Shown here: one piece after another, positions 1 through 11,264 of the stretch | How the letters are laid out: the number at the start of each line of letters is the position of its first letter | How positions within the stretch are numbered: position 1 is the first letter of the stretch | NCBI RefSeq assembly: GCF_041146345.1 | Contig: NW_027191406.1 | Span: forward strand, 1,054,001 to 1,118,000 | Source: Neodothiora populina | Taxonomy: Eukaryota | Length of the DNA: 64,000 bases | Direction of reading: 5' to 3' | Program-made: the position numbers and the translations under genes | Notes under the pieces: model-generated | Told to the model about the DNA's origin: nothing | What the model saw: only the letters and a program-made list of their open reading frames with translations | Database searches by the model: none

Positions 1-1267
1 AGCGAGACTGATCCAAACTATCCATCCCTTGCTTCCAGTCTCCCAGTCACCGACAGGACCGGGTGCCCAGTGTTTCGCTTTCGCAAGTGGCGACAGTACG
101 CCCCATCCGATGACTGCGCCAAGTAACATGTGTAGTGTGGTAGCAGGACCCATGATAATGCCTTGTCCGACGTACGCAGGTGACGGGTTCAGCGTCCACA
201 GCCAAGACTCTGCTATGTACATTCCAAAAATTGGCAAATCGTGAAGACGCGGTATAAAGTATGAAACAACAGTCTGAGATTGGTAAGCTATAATTCAGGC
301 AGGAGCCTGCAGTAATGGAGTTGGAGTCCAATTCTTTCGAGACCGATATACGTACATATAAAGCGGAAAGGCCAAAAGATAGTGTCAGCAACCTAATTCT
401 TGCTCTCCAATCAGCGTGATCGTCTATACTCGACGCATCGAGATCAGCTTGAGATAGTTCTCCTGTATTCTGTCTGTCACTTGTGGAGTCGGGAGCATCT
501 GCCATGAGCCGCTGCTCGTCCTCGGCCGCACGCTCCCCCTCGTGCTCACCGTCACCTTGGTCATTGATGGTGTTCTTCTCGCCACCGTGAAGTACACCGA
601 TCATCAAAGCTGTGGCCGTACCAGATGGAAACTTCAATTTTTCTCTGATAATGAACTGCTTCCTCAGCGGCACTGCAAACACGACTCCAAAGAAACATAG
701 GCCCAAAGCCCAAACAATCAATTTCCAAAGACTGAGGTGGAGTCCGGTACTGCCATCCGGCGTCTCATCAGGCTTCAGAAGGAACTCCAACGCGGGAATG
801 ACCCCCACAAATCCACATCCGAGAGGCATCGTTCCTACTGAACCTGCCACTGTCTGGACCAGTACGTTCTCGATAGGCGTAAATGGGAAAGCTAGGTGCT
901 TGGATACTGCCTTGAACCAAGCAAATCCCATCAACGCACTTGGCATGGCCATACTGGATACCCATCCTGTTTGGAGCCCAAAGTACGTGTTGGAGAAACA
1001 GATCACAACTCCGATAAGAGTGCCGAGTATCACGGATCTGACTGTGAAGTGATGTCCTTGTTCAGCCCGTTCAGCGAGCAGTGTCTCGGCATCTTCGCGG
1101 CTTCGTCGGTTTGAGTATGAATCGCTCAACAGCGAAGTCTCGTCGCTATCTCTGCCCGACATACCCCTGTCTGGAGCTCTGTCGTCCAGTTCGCAGGGCG
1201 AGGGCGAGTAGGGTCGCATTTGTAGAGGTTGTGATGGGGGATCCTGATGTCGTGCTCGAGTGGTCAT
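1..1267 (-). CDS. OPT-family oligopeptide transporter (YGL114W-like), 3' end runs off the window
   Basis: Motifs 'NTYFGLQTGW', 'PFTPIENVLVQT', 'KLKFPSGTATA'. Intron 274-355 (GTACGT...CAG) restores the frame to 'WLWTLNPSPAYVGQGIIMGP...KGWIVWISLA'. Confidence 0.92.
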
Positions 1268-1456
1268 AGCTTCGGCGATAGGCAGGAGATAGACGGGTCG
1301 ATAGGCCTTTTTCGAGGGTTCTCCTTCCCAAAACGGGGAAATCTTGGCGCCTGGCTGGCAACTGCGCAGCTTCAGTTGACAAATTATTAGTGACGAGCCA
1401 ATCGAACTACCACCTCAGCCTACCTCTTGATTATATCATGAAGATTAAAGAGACAA

Positions 1457-3200
1457 TGGTCCGTCCTGAGGATGATTTAAGCAGTGTTAGTAGTGAAGAG
1501 TCAATTGTACGACCTGACAGTGAAGGTTGGGAGGATGCAGAGCCTGACGAGGAAGTCATTCAAGTCAAAGACTTTTTCAGTGACAAGACTTTCCCTGATG
1601 CAGCCTCTATGATCAAATTTTGTGCGACTGAACATGACTTTGATTTTTTGAAGGTCGCCAAAAACTTTGGTGTGTATGTTTGGAAACCTCCGAAATATGA
1701 AGAATAGTCGCTTATGCATTGACATTAGATCTTGACTTTCTTGGTGGCATCAAGCTTGTCAACTACATCCGTAGTGAGGCAAAGAACGGAAACAAAAAGC
1801 CAGATGTATCTTCCAAGGATCTTTTCGAGGATGACAAGTACATGCAGCCCGCCCTCGAGGACGATGCTTTACTCTTCTCTCTAGATGATGTTCTCGATGG
1901 ACAAGAAGGTGATGAGGTCTCGTCCAATGAGGTGCCAGCCGGCAGTTCAACAGACAAGGTCACAGCCCTCGAGGAGGAATTAGCGGCTCTTCGCGCTCAA
2001 TTTTCAGAATACAGACTTGCTGTCGAGAAGACGCTTGATGACCGATGGACCGAGCCTGGAAAGGACGAGGTTGATTCTGGCAAATCTGGCAAGGACGAGA
2101 ACCACCAGGACCCTGGCTATTTTGACTCGTATTCTTACAATGGTAACGTTGATCATTATGCTAGCAAAAATAATAACTGACAGACATCAGATATCCACCA
2201 GACAATGCTTCAAGACACTGTCCGCACTGACTCATACAGAGATTTTGTCTATGGCAACAAGCATTTGTTCGCCGGAAAGACGGTGCTCGATGTAGGCTGC
2301 GGAACCGGCATTTTGTCCATGTTCTGCGCCAAAGCCGGTGCAGCGCGTGTGATTGCCGTCGACAATTCCAACATCATCGACAAAGCTCGTGCTAACATCT
2401 ACACCAACGGCTTTTCGGACCAGATCACCTTGGTCAGGGGTAAGATTGAAGAAGTCACCCTTCCAGTCGACAAAGTAGACATCATCATCAGTGAATGGAT
2501 GGGCTACACGCTTCTCTACGAGGCTATGCTGGACTCTGTCTTGTATGCCAGAGACAGGTACCTTCAACCCGATGGTCTGATGGTCCCGAGCCACTGCACT
2601 CTGCACATGGCACCAATCGCAGACCCAGACCATGTCGCGGACAACATCTCCTTCTGGAAGGACGTGTACGGCTTCGACATGACAGCCATGCAAGAAAAGA
2701 TCTACGAGGACACTCTCGTGCGCTACCCCGTCAAGGACATCATCGTCGGTCGCACAGAGGACGAAATGCCCTTCAAGGTCCTCGATCTGCACACCGTCAC
2801 AACCGCAGAACTCGACTTCAAGGCGTCGTTCAAGTCTCAGCTCGGAAAGGACATCGATGAGCTCGACGGTTTCTGTATCTGGTTCGATACCATCTTTATG
2901 CAATCTCGCACGCAGGAGGTGCCGCAGAGCATGTTGCAGGGTACCCCACCCAAGAAGGCCGACTCTGGTCCTGTTTTCTTCACTACTGGACCTTTCGGAC
3001 CCGAGACTCATTGGAGATCAAGCATCGTTATGATCGATCACTCCGAAAGGACTGGTCCCGCTTTGAAGAAAGGGCAGGCCATCGAAGGAAGCATTCAGTT
3101 CAAGAAGAACAAGGACGCGAAGAGAGATTTGAACATCACGATAGCGTGGGAGGCTGAGAGTACCGAGGAGAAGTCTAAGCAACTCTGGTACACCCGATAG
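1457..3200 (+). CDS. rmt3: Protein arginine N-methyltransferase 3 (PRMT3/RmtB type)
   Basis: SAM motif 'VLDVGCGTGILSMF', 'DIIISEWMGY', THW loop 'ETHWRS', acidic N-terminus with 'DFLGGIKLVNYIR'. Introns 1670-1728 and 2143-2190. The start could instead be ATG 1438, which would need checking. Confidence 0.9.
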
Positions 3201-3354
3201 AGGATTCATGGACTCATGTAGCTCGCTTTCGAGGTAGATGAAATGCATCGCAATCAAAAGTTATAACAAGTCCACCGTATCGCCAAGACGCCGTCCTGTC
3301 GTTTCCTGCTCGAGTGCACAGTCTGCACAAATTTCCCTACATGAAGTAAATCAA

Positions 3355-4989
3355 TTACCCGACCATCATTCTCCGAAGCCATCTTGACTCCAAGACATCA
3401 GCCGCCGAGATCCGCTCTCGAGGATCAAATCTCATCAGCATCCGCAGTGAATCTCCCACATCATCTATCTCACGAAAATCATCTGGTTTAGACTCGTCGA
3501 AGTAAACCTCCTCGAGCCATCCCTGAAGACTAAACCCCTGCTCCTCTGTACAATGTCAATAACCAAGAAGCTAATAACGAAGGCAGGACCTTGACAGACA
3601 TACCAATACTCTGTATATCAGACACCCGAAGCCGCCAGTTCGCAGGAAGGTTACCGATTGACTGGATCATCTGACGGATGAGAACGGGTTTGTCACCCAG
3701 GATACTGTCGAAGGGCGGTTGGCCAGTGACGAGCTCGAAGATCTGGATGTTCGGGACTTCGTAAGTTTGATAGGCACCGTGTATCCATGTTTTTGTACGA
3801 GCGATGTCAATGTCTACTTACCGTGCACCCGAAAATCCAGAGATCGACCCTGTTGTCCCATTCACCAGCGAACAGGACCTCCGGCACGTGGAGTGCTAAA
3901 GGCGTGCGCAAGGTACCGGTTGGTGTTCGGCGTTCGGTTGATTGAAGAACAGACACTCCAAAGTCCATGATCTTTACATCATCAAAGATAGTCGGTGCAC
4001 GCTGAGAGAGTGAAGCTGGCCAGACTAGATAGCGAGGGACGTGTGCGCTCGCCGTGAGTGGTTTACCGTATGGAGCTAGGACTGGACTTGTCTGTGGTAG
4101 ACCGAGTTTGTTGATGACTGATTCTTCGGATAACTGATCCAAAGGAGTTTTGTTGGTAAAGGCAATGTTCCCTGTGTGTAGATCTGGCATACCGGGTTAG
4201 TATTGTCTGGTATATAATCCAGCGTCTCTCGCGGAGCAGAAGAAAGTTGTGACAGTGATGAGGCACGTAGAAGAACACACCTCCATGCCCGACATCATTC
4301 TCATGCAACAATCGCAGTCCCTGTGCAAGCTGGCATGTTAATCTCCTCGCGACAGCACCAGGAAGCCTGCCATCTGGTGCATGAGCAGCAATGGAAACTG
4401 GAATGCTGGGCCCAAGCAGTTCGAGAACCAGGAAAACATGTGTCCCGTTCGGCCCAGGAGACTGAAAATGATCTAGCAATTGTGCAATGTATTGCGCGTT
4501 TGTTGAGCCGTGAGTGTTCTGGTCAAGGACCTGCATTACCTGTATCTCTCGACGAGCTCCCTGCGTGCTGTCGGACGTGGCTATCTTCACAGCCACGTGT
4601 TTATGCAGCCTGACGTGGTCAGCCCAAGGCTTTACCTCTAGATATAGATGATAGAAGAAGCACTTTACATAGTATCAGTAGCCAACCGAACAGTTGAGAA
4701 CCACCCAATGACCTAGCTTCTGGGTTACTTTGTAACGATCGCCCTTGAACGTGTCTCCTAGGTGCATTGGATGGTAGCCTCCGGGGCAGTATCGCTCTAT
4801 AGGCTCGGCATCAACAGCACAGTAATGCGGAAATTTTTGTATCTCGGGAGATACCTGAGTGCTGGTCTCAGGTAGACGCGGAATAGACGACGCATATCGA
4901 ATCTTGCTGAGCAAAGGCTGCATATGAATACGGCTGCCTATAGTGAGGCGTAGCCGACGAGAGCTCATGTTTACCACGATCCAACGCAT
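3355..4989 (-). pseudogene. SRPK-like (CMGC) Ser/Thr kinase with a +1 frameshift in the Gly-rich loop
   Basis: 'EPIERYCPGGYHPMHLGD', 'VAVKI', 'HG|DLHTGNI', 'DFG', 'IFELVTGQPPF', 'FDPRERISAADVL' across 5 exons. An extra T at ~4707 breaks 'KLGH-GWFSTVRLA'. Confidence 0.75.
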
Positions 4990-5406
4990 AGAGCAACGGT
5001 TGAGGTGATAGGTTTCTCTGATGACAGGATAGACCTGTCATAGACCTTCATGCTAGACTGTCAGATAAATCACATGCCCAAAATTACTTTCGTCCGTCGT
5101 GCATGCTTCGCTGTAATCGAAACTTGCTGCCCTGAGATATATGATCAAGACAGTAACGACCAATATCACTCATGTCTTTGCTAAATCATCTCGAGTTATC
5201 TTCACTCATCAAGGCACACGTGAATGATTGTAATTGTGGTAAGACTTGAAGTGGCCTGCATATCTGTTACCTTCTCGGGGAGATGATGCTAAGACACACA
5301 ATTGATGGTTGCAGCGATTATGCAGTGCAGCCACCTGCAGCGATTCCTTGTATGAAAGAAGCTAAACTTTCAAACGAGCGGATTCAAAGTGTTTCCGCGT
5401 GCTTGT

Positions 5407-6720
5407 TCACTTGCCTCCCCCAAGGTAATCCCACCCTGTGCCCGCCAACACTTTGATCAGAGCCAGATAATCACGAAGATCAATACACTCGTCTCGCCTC
5501 GCCATACCCTCTGGAGAAACGCCAAAGCTATAGCCCGGAACACCCAGGTATCTGAAATGCTTGACGTCCGTGGCACCCATACTGGGGATGCCCAGCGGTC
5601 GGTTACCTTCCCCTAGCACAGCCTCTGCATTGTCGGCAATCGCAATCGCCAATGGATGCTCTGGCGCACATGCATTGGCTGGGTTCGACGCGGCTTCGTG
5701 CACCGAGTACTTGGCTTGGGGGAAGTCTGTCGACAGCAGCTTGTCGATCTGTATCAAGATTGTGCTGGCGGTGAGGCCAATTGGCAGGCGGATGTCGACT
5801 TCGAACACGCATTCGTTGGGGATCACGTTTACTTTGCTTCCGCCGCTTATGGTGCCGATATTCACGGTTGGTTTGCTCATGATGGCTGCTGCGCCTGTAC
5901 CCATGATGGTGTCGATCGTTGCCATCACGTCTGGTCGACGGAGGTGTTTCTCGATGTCAGGAGGCGTGTGAAAGTCAGTGGAGTTTTCGATCAGCGATAT
6001 GAGACTGGTGATCAAACGCGTAGAGATGCGTATCGCGCCTTCGTCTAGATGCAGAAAGGCGCCGTGACCCCCTGGGGTTTGCACGGTGAATGTCATTCGA
6101 AGCGTGCCTTTTTCGCCGAAGCGGTAACTCTGAAAGCCAGAGGGTTCGGCGTTCAGCACGGCGCCTTCGCGCCATAGCTCGCTGTCTTCATCCTCGTTGA
6201 GGAGGTACGCCGTGCCCCACTTGCCGCCTGTCTCTTCGTCACTTACTGTCTGGAGGAGGCAGGTCCCGTGAAGTTGGTTCTTGAATCGAAAGAGATATGC
6301 ATACGCGGCTGCGAGAGCGGCTGTCCCGGCTTTCATGTCCACAACGCCTCGACCGTATATCTTGTTTGTTGAGGTATCGATTTCGCCGGCCCATGGATCG
6401 TGAGTCCATTGGTCACCATCTGAGACGGGAAAGACATCGAGATGGCCATTCATGATTAGTTTCGGAAGAGCATGCTCATTCTCGATATTGGAGCTTGTGC
6501 AGACGAAGTGTGAAACTACGTTTGGTGCATCGACCTTGGGGGAAATGATTGATGACTCGATGTCTTGGTGGGCGAGAAAGTTGGTCACTACGCGTGCTGC
6601 AGCTACTGTATCACCTGGTGGGTTAGGCGACGCGGCACGTAGGAAAGACTGAAGGAAGTGGATCTGCAGGTCTTTCTCTGCGTCTGAGTCGATCAGTGCA
6701 AGGAGTCCTGCTTTAGACAT
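5407..6720 (-). CDS. M20 family ArgE/DapE-like amidohydrolase, intronless
   Basis: 'NGHLDVFP', 'GRGVVDMKAG', 'SDEETGG', 'NAEP', 'GGSKVNVIP'. Likely start MSKAG at 6720; the ORF is open further upstream. Confidence 0.88.
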   Translation of the reverse strand: MSKAGLLALIDSDAEKDLQIHFLQSFLRAASPNPPGDTVAAARVVTNFLAHQDIESSIISPKVDAPNVVSHFVCTSSNIENEHALPKLIMNGHLDVFPVSDGDQWTHDPWAGEIDTSTNKIYGRGVVDMKAGTAALAAAYAYLFRFKNQLHGTCLLQTVSDEETGGKWGTAYLLNEDEDSELWREGAVLNAEPSGFQSYRFGEKGTLRMTFTVQTPGGHGAFLHLDEGAIRISTRLITSLISLIENSTDFHTPPDIEKHLRRPDVMATIDTIMGTGAAAIMSKPTVNIGTISGGSKVNVIPNECVFEVDIRLPIGLTASTILIQIDKLLSTDFPQAKYSVHEAASNPANACAPEHPLAIAIADNAEAVLGEGNRPLGIPSMGATDVKHFRYLGVPGYSFGVSPEGMARRDECIDLRDYLALIKVLAGTGWDYLGGGK

Positions 6721-7460
6721 GCTTGATCCTTGGTGATAGATAGCAGTTGTAGAGGCAGAGTCATAAATGAAATAGAGGTAGCAAATGAAGGTGAGCATTG
6801 CAGACCTGACCGCCGACTACAGCTGGTTTTATATCAAGCAGAGGCAGTCGGTCCCTTCACCTTCGCCTGGTTGTCACAAGTCAATTCCGACGAGGAACCT
6901 ACCTTGGAAGTAATGGTGTCACAAGTGTGGTACCCATTGTGGAAGGTGATTCTAGTGAGTCACATTGCAGAAACAACGAGGCATGGATGAATGATGTTTC
7001 TGTAGCGGGTCCACGCCGACCGTTGAGGGGTATGAAAAAGCTATGGGATACGTTCTGGTTCAATTGAGCGACACCCCAATAGGATTGCATGCATAGTATC
7101 AAAGAATCGACTGTACTGGCAGGTCCTTGTCGGCAATATCACGAAAGTGACTGGACAGGTAAGCGTGGCCGACGAGCGTACAGTATAGGATCAAACAGGA
7201 GGAGGTCGCCGAGCCGCGTTGACCATGACTCGAGAGCTTGATATGAGGTTAGCCTCATGATTCGTGTCTATCAGCCAATCGTGTCTTACATTGGAATTGG
7301 AATGCTTCCATTCATCTCTACACATATCTGTCACTGCCACTCAATCAACTCTGCTACACCATCTTCTTGCGCTTTATCGAGAGTCCCTTGACTCAGCCCT
7401 CCATTTGGAACAAACCCGTCACTATACTGAGGGCACCCCGCTCTCCCGACCCCTCTCAAG

Positions 7461-8624
7461 ATGCAAGGCTTCAACATGGGGCGGTACATACCGCCCGAGC
7501 ACGAAGGCAGGACAAGCGCCAACAAACTAGCGGGCAAGCACGCTCTGGGCGCGCGAGCAAACAAGTTAAAGTCCGAGGGCATCCTGACCGTACGCTTCGA
7601 GATGCCGTACGCCGTGTGGTGCAATCACTGTCCCAAGCCGACCATCATAGGCCAGGGCGTGCGGTTCAACGCAGAGAAGAAGAAAGTGGGCAATTACTAC
7701 TCGACGCCGATATGGAGCTTTCGTATGAAACACGTCGCGTGCGGGGGCGTTATTGAGATTCGCACGGATCCGAAGAACACGGCCTATGTTGTTACGGAAG
7801 GTGGAAAGGCGAGGGATACGGGCGAGGATAAAGTGCGCGAGGGAGAGGAGGGGTTGGAGATTCTGAGCCCGGAGGAAAGAGAGAAGAGGAGGGCCGACGC
7901 TTTCGCTTCGCTCGAGGGGAAGAAACAGGACGAGGTGCAGCAGAAAGAGCAAGGAAGGAGGATCAGAGAGCTCTACGAGGCAAAGAGTCGTGACTGGGAG
8001 GATCCAGATGATGCGAACCGCCGGTTGAGAGGAGACTTCCGCGTGGGCAGGAAAGAGCGAGATCAAGCAGCGAAAGCCGACGAGAAACTCGTTGACAAAA
8101 TGAGCCTGCACGTCGAACTTTTACCTGAAAACGAAGACGACAAGCGCCGCGCAGAATTCATTGACTTTGGCGCATTCCATGACGCGGACGAGAGCGCGAG
8201 AAAAGCAGCCTCGAAGCCCTTGTTCTTGCTAGACGACAAGAGCGCCACGACCAGACACATCGATGGCGACAACACACGCATCGAAAAGAAACCCAAGAAA
8301 ATATCCACCTCCGCAAAGCGCGCAGCAGAAGCCGAGCGCAGACGCACCGCTCTACAGCAGGAGATCCGAGACAACACGCGCGCCGCGAAAGATCCTTTCC
8401 TTACATTCGCCTCCGTGGCTCCCACGGGCGATACTGCAAGCGTGTTTCAACCCATCTCCGGCATCAAGAGGAAACGCAACGCGACCGAGGGGTCTCTGTC
8501 CGATGAACATTCGACTCTTCTGCCTACGTCGTCTGGTGCGACTATGAAGCAACTGACAACGACGACGACGACGACGATAACGAAACCTGCCCTGGTGGCC
8601 TATGACTCCGAAGACTCCGAGTAG
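7461..8624 (+). CDS. CWC16/Yju2-family splicing factor (CCDC130/Saf4-like)
   Basis: 'MQGFNMGRY', 'VRFEMPYAVWC', 'GVRFNAEKKKVGNYYSTPIW', 'IEIRTDPKN'. Confidence 0.92.
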   Translation: MQGFNMGRYIPPEHEGRTSANKLAGKHALGARANKLKSEGILTVRFEMPYAVWCNHCPKPTIIGQGVRFNAEKKKVGNYYSTPIWSFRMKHVACGGVIEIRTDPKNTAYVVTEGGKARDTGEDKVREGEEGLEILSPEEREKRRADAFASLEGKKQDEVQQKEQGRRIRELYEAKSRDWEDPDDANRRLRGDFRVGRKERDQAAKADEKLVDKMSLHVELLPENEDDKRRAEFIDFGAFHDADESARKAASKPLFLLDDKSATTRHIDGDNTRIEKKPKKISTSAKRAAEAERRRTALQQEIRDNTRAAKDPFLTFASVAPTGDTASVFQPISGIKRKRNATEGSLSDEHSTLLPTSSGATMKQLTTTTTTTITKPALVAYDSEDSE

Positions 8625-8976
8625 TCTTTTGCTGGCTTAATGAATTGTGTAACGACCTTCTTCTTGATTTTTTGGCGCTCTATACCCCCATAGCATTTGA
8701 TTATTTGACATTCTTCTTAATTGAGCCGTCGAGCTCCATATTGTCTGCAAGCAAAGCAACCTCTGACTACGTCGCATATGAACGCGATTCCTATATTTGA
8801 TCAGAGGAAGACACACCTCGTCTGGTGCAAGTAAATGTGTAAGCAAAAACAAGTCTGGGTATAACGCCGTAGACTCCACCTTCCTAATGCCTCGCAAATC
8901 GATTCCCCTCTCAAACACAAAATCCACCATTCGACAAAACCCTAGGATGCATTGCGTACTCTCTTGTTCACGTCTT

Positions 8977-11264
8977 CTAGAGCGACAGCTTCTCCACAGG
9001 AACCGGCTTGCTGCTCTCCTTGTACATTTCGTCGATGAACTCACGGTAGTGTCTGCCAGCTTGTTGGCGCTTGAGTTTAAGGCTGTACGAGGATCATGAA
9101 ACGTCAGCAGAGTTCTTTTCCGGTTCTCAAAATCACGCTGAGGTGCAAAGGAAGAAAGTCACTTACGTCGGAGTCAGAAGCTCGTTTCCAACAGTAAAAG
9201 GCTCAATCATCAACCTGATAGCCTTGACCCGCTCGAACCCATTGAGTCCGTTCTTCTTACCCACAGTCTCCAGCTCCTTCAGCAGCGCTTTCTGAACCGC
9301 CGGCTCGGCGCCCGCGCGAAGCAGTTCCTGGTTCTCCATCAGCACATCGCGGCCCAGGACTTCTTTGGCGATGGCGCAGAATTTATCCGGTACGATGCCG
9401 AAGATGGAGACCAGAGACGCCTTTTCGCTGTCGCCGTGCACGAGAGCCTGCGAGGCCCAGGTGATGTTCGCGAGGTAGATGTTCTCGATGCGCTCGGGTG
9501 AGACGTATTCGCCTTGGGCCAGCTTGAGGATGTTCTTCTTGCGATCGATGACTTTGAAGCGGCCCCTATCGTCGACCGAGCAGATGTCGCCTGTCCTGAA
9601 CCACCCGTCTGAGGTCATGGCGTTTTTCGTCTCTTCTGGGTTGAGGTAGTATTCTTGGAACAGAGTCGTCGAGCGGATGAGGAGTTCTCCTCGTGAGTTT
9701 GGCGAATCGCTCGTGTAGTAGTCTAGGTCCGGAACATCTTCGAGACACAGCTCTGCTGCTGGCAGCACGGCTCCGCAGTTGCCTGCGCTCATATCGCCCT
9801 GCATCTGCGCCAGTGCGATCGAATATGATTCTGTGAGCCCGTAGCCTTGGCTGAAGGTGTTGCCGAAGACTGCGCGGAGGTACTGGTGCAGAGATGCGTC
9901 GAGGGGCGCGGATCCCGTCACCATTACTCGGCATCTATCGAGGCCCAGGGAGGCGGCTACTTTGCTGCCCCAGATGTAGTCGTAGAGCATGTTCTTGTTG
10001 GATGGGTTGACTGGATCCTCGATGGCTGCGAGCTTGGATGATGTGATCCAGCGAGACATGGTGCCCATGAAACCTGGAGCTTCGAGAGTGGCGGCTTTGA
10101 TGGCTGCGCCGAAGCGGCTGTAGAGACGAGGCACGTTGACCATGTTCGTCGGTCGGAGCTCCTTGAGGTCGGAGACCAATTCGAACATGTTGCCGTGGTA
10201 GTAGCCTATGGCTGTGCCGGCCCACATAGCGCCTGCTTCGGCCGCACGCTCGAAGATATGTGCGAGTGGGAGGTAGGAGCAGATGATGTCTTCTCGCTTG
10301 AGCTGTAAGATGATGATCATACACGATGCTGCCGCCACATGGTTCGCGTGAGTAAGAAGCACACCCTTGGGGAAGCCGGTCGTGCCTGACGTGTAGTTCA
10401 CAGTGATGATGTCTTGCGGTCCAGGAACGTGGTATGGACGGGGGTTGTGTTTACCCATGGCCTCGACTTCATCAATCGTGTAAGTTTTGATACCCGAGTT
10501 TGCGAGCGGGGACATCATAGCCTTGGAATCTCTTCTGTTCCATGAGTCTCGGGCCGCGGTGTCCAGAGACACGATCATCTTCAAGGTGGGACATCTTGGT
10601 GCCATCTCTACAAGCTTGGGAATGTGTTCTGCGGAACAGCAGATGACGTGCAGCGAAGCGTGGTTTATGATGTATTCTGTAGATTCGGGACCTAATGTGT
10701 CGTACAACGATACCGTGTAGTATGACTGTGACATGCATCCGAGATCTAGGCATAAGTCAGCAATGAATCACCCAATTTGTTGTAAGCAGAACATACCAAC
10801 AACTTGCCACTCCGGGCGATTCATGCACCACAGGCCGACCGCTTCCTGCTTCTTCATGATACCCAAGTTCTCATGTAGAAGGGCAATGCCTGCACCAAAG
10901 TTCTTCCGCCTCTCCTGGACCTGAGCATAGGTCTGCCATTGATAAGGACCATAGGTCTTGCTGACAGGGTCAAATGGCCTGTAACCCAAGAAGTTCAAAT
11001 CGGGTACTTCGGAAGCTTCGCTGATGGTCAGATCGCGTTCATATACATACTAGTGGGTTGAGCGAACATACCACTTTGCTCAAAGATCTCATGTGCAGTT
11101 GTAACCTGTGGATCCAAAGTTTTAAGGAGACTTTCCTGATGATTGAAGTTCCTATAAGTTTTACTCCTTCCTGATTGTTCTGAGCCGGGTTGAGCTACAC
11201 TGTAGGGCTCGTTTGCTGGAGGAGGCCGTTCCAACTCTTCAGCCTTTGCTAATGCGGCACTCAT
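8977..11264 (-). CDS. Long-chain fatty acid-CoA ligase
   Basis: AMP-binding 'YTSGTTGFPKG', 'QGYGLTE', 'GWFRTGD', 'IDRKKNILKLAQGEYVSPE'. Four exons, ending 'PT|LKLKR...EKLSL*'. Confidence 0.92.

Noticed and set aside
1540..1660. PRMT3 N-terminal zinc finger lacking its CxxC
   Set aside because: As far as I recall, this degeneration is general in filamentous-fungal RmtB proteins, so it is not specific to this locus.
2232..3011. 259-aa antisense ORF over PRMT3
   Set aside because: Shadow ORF from codon bias, with no recognisable motifs.
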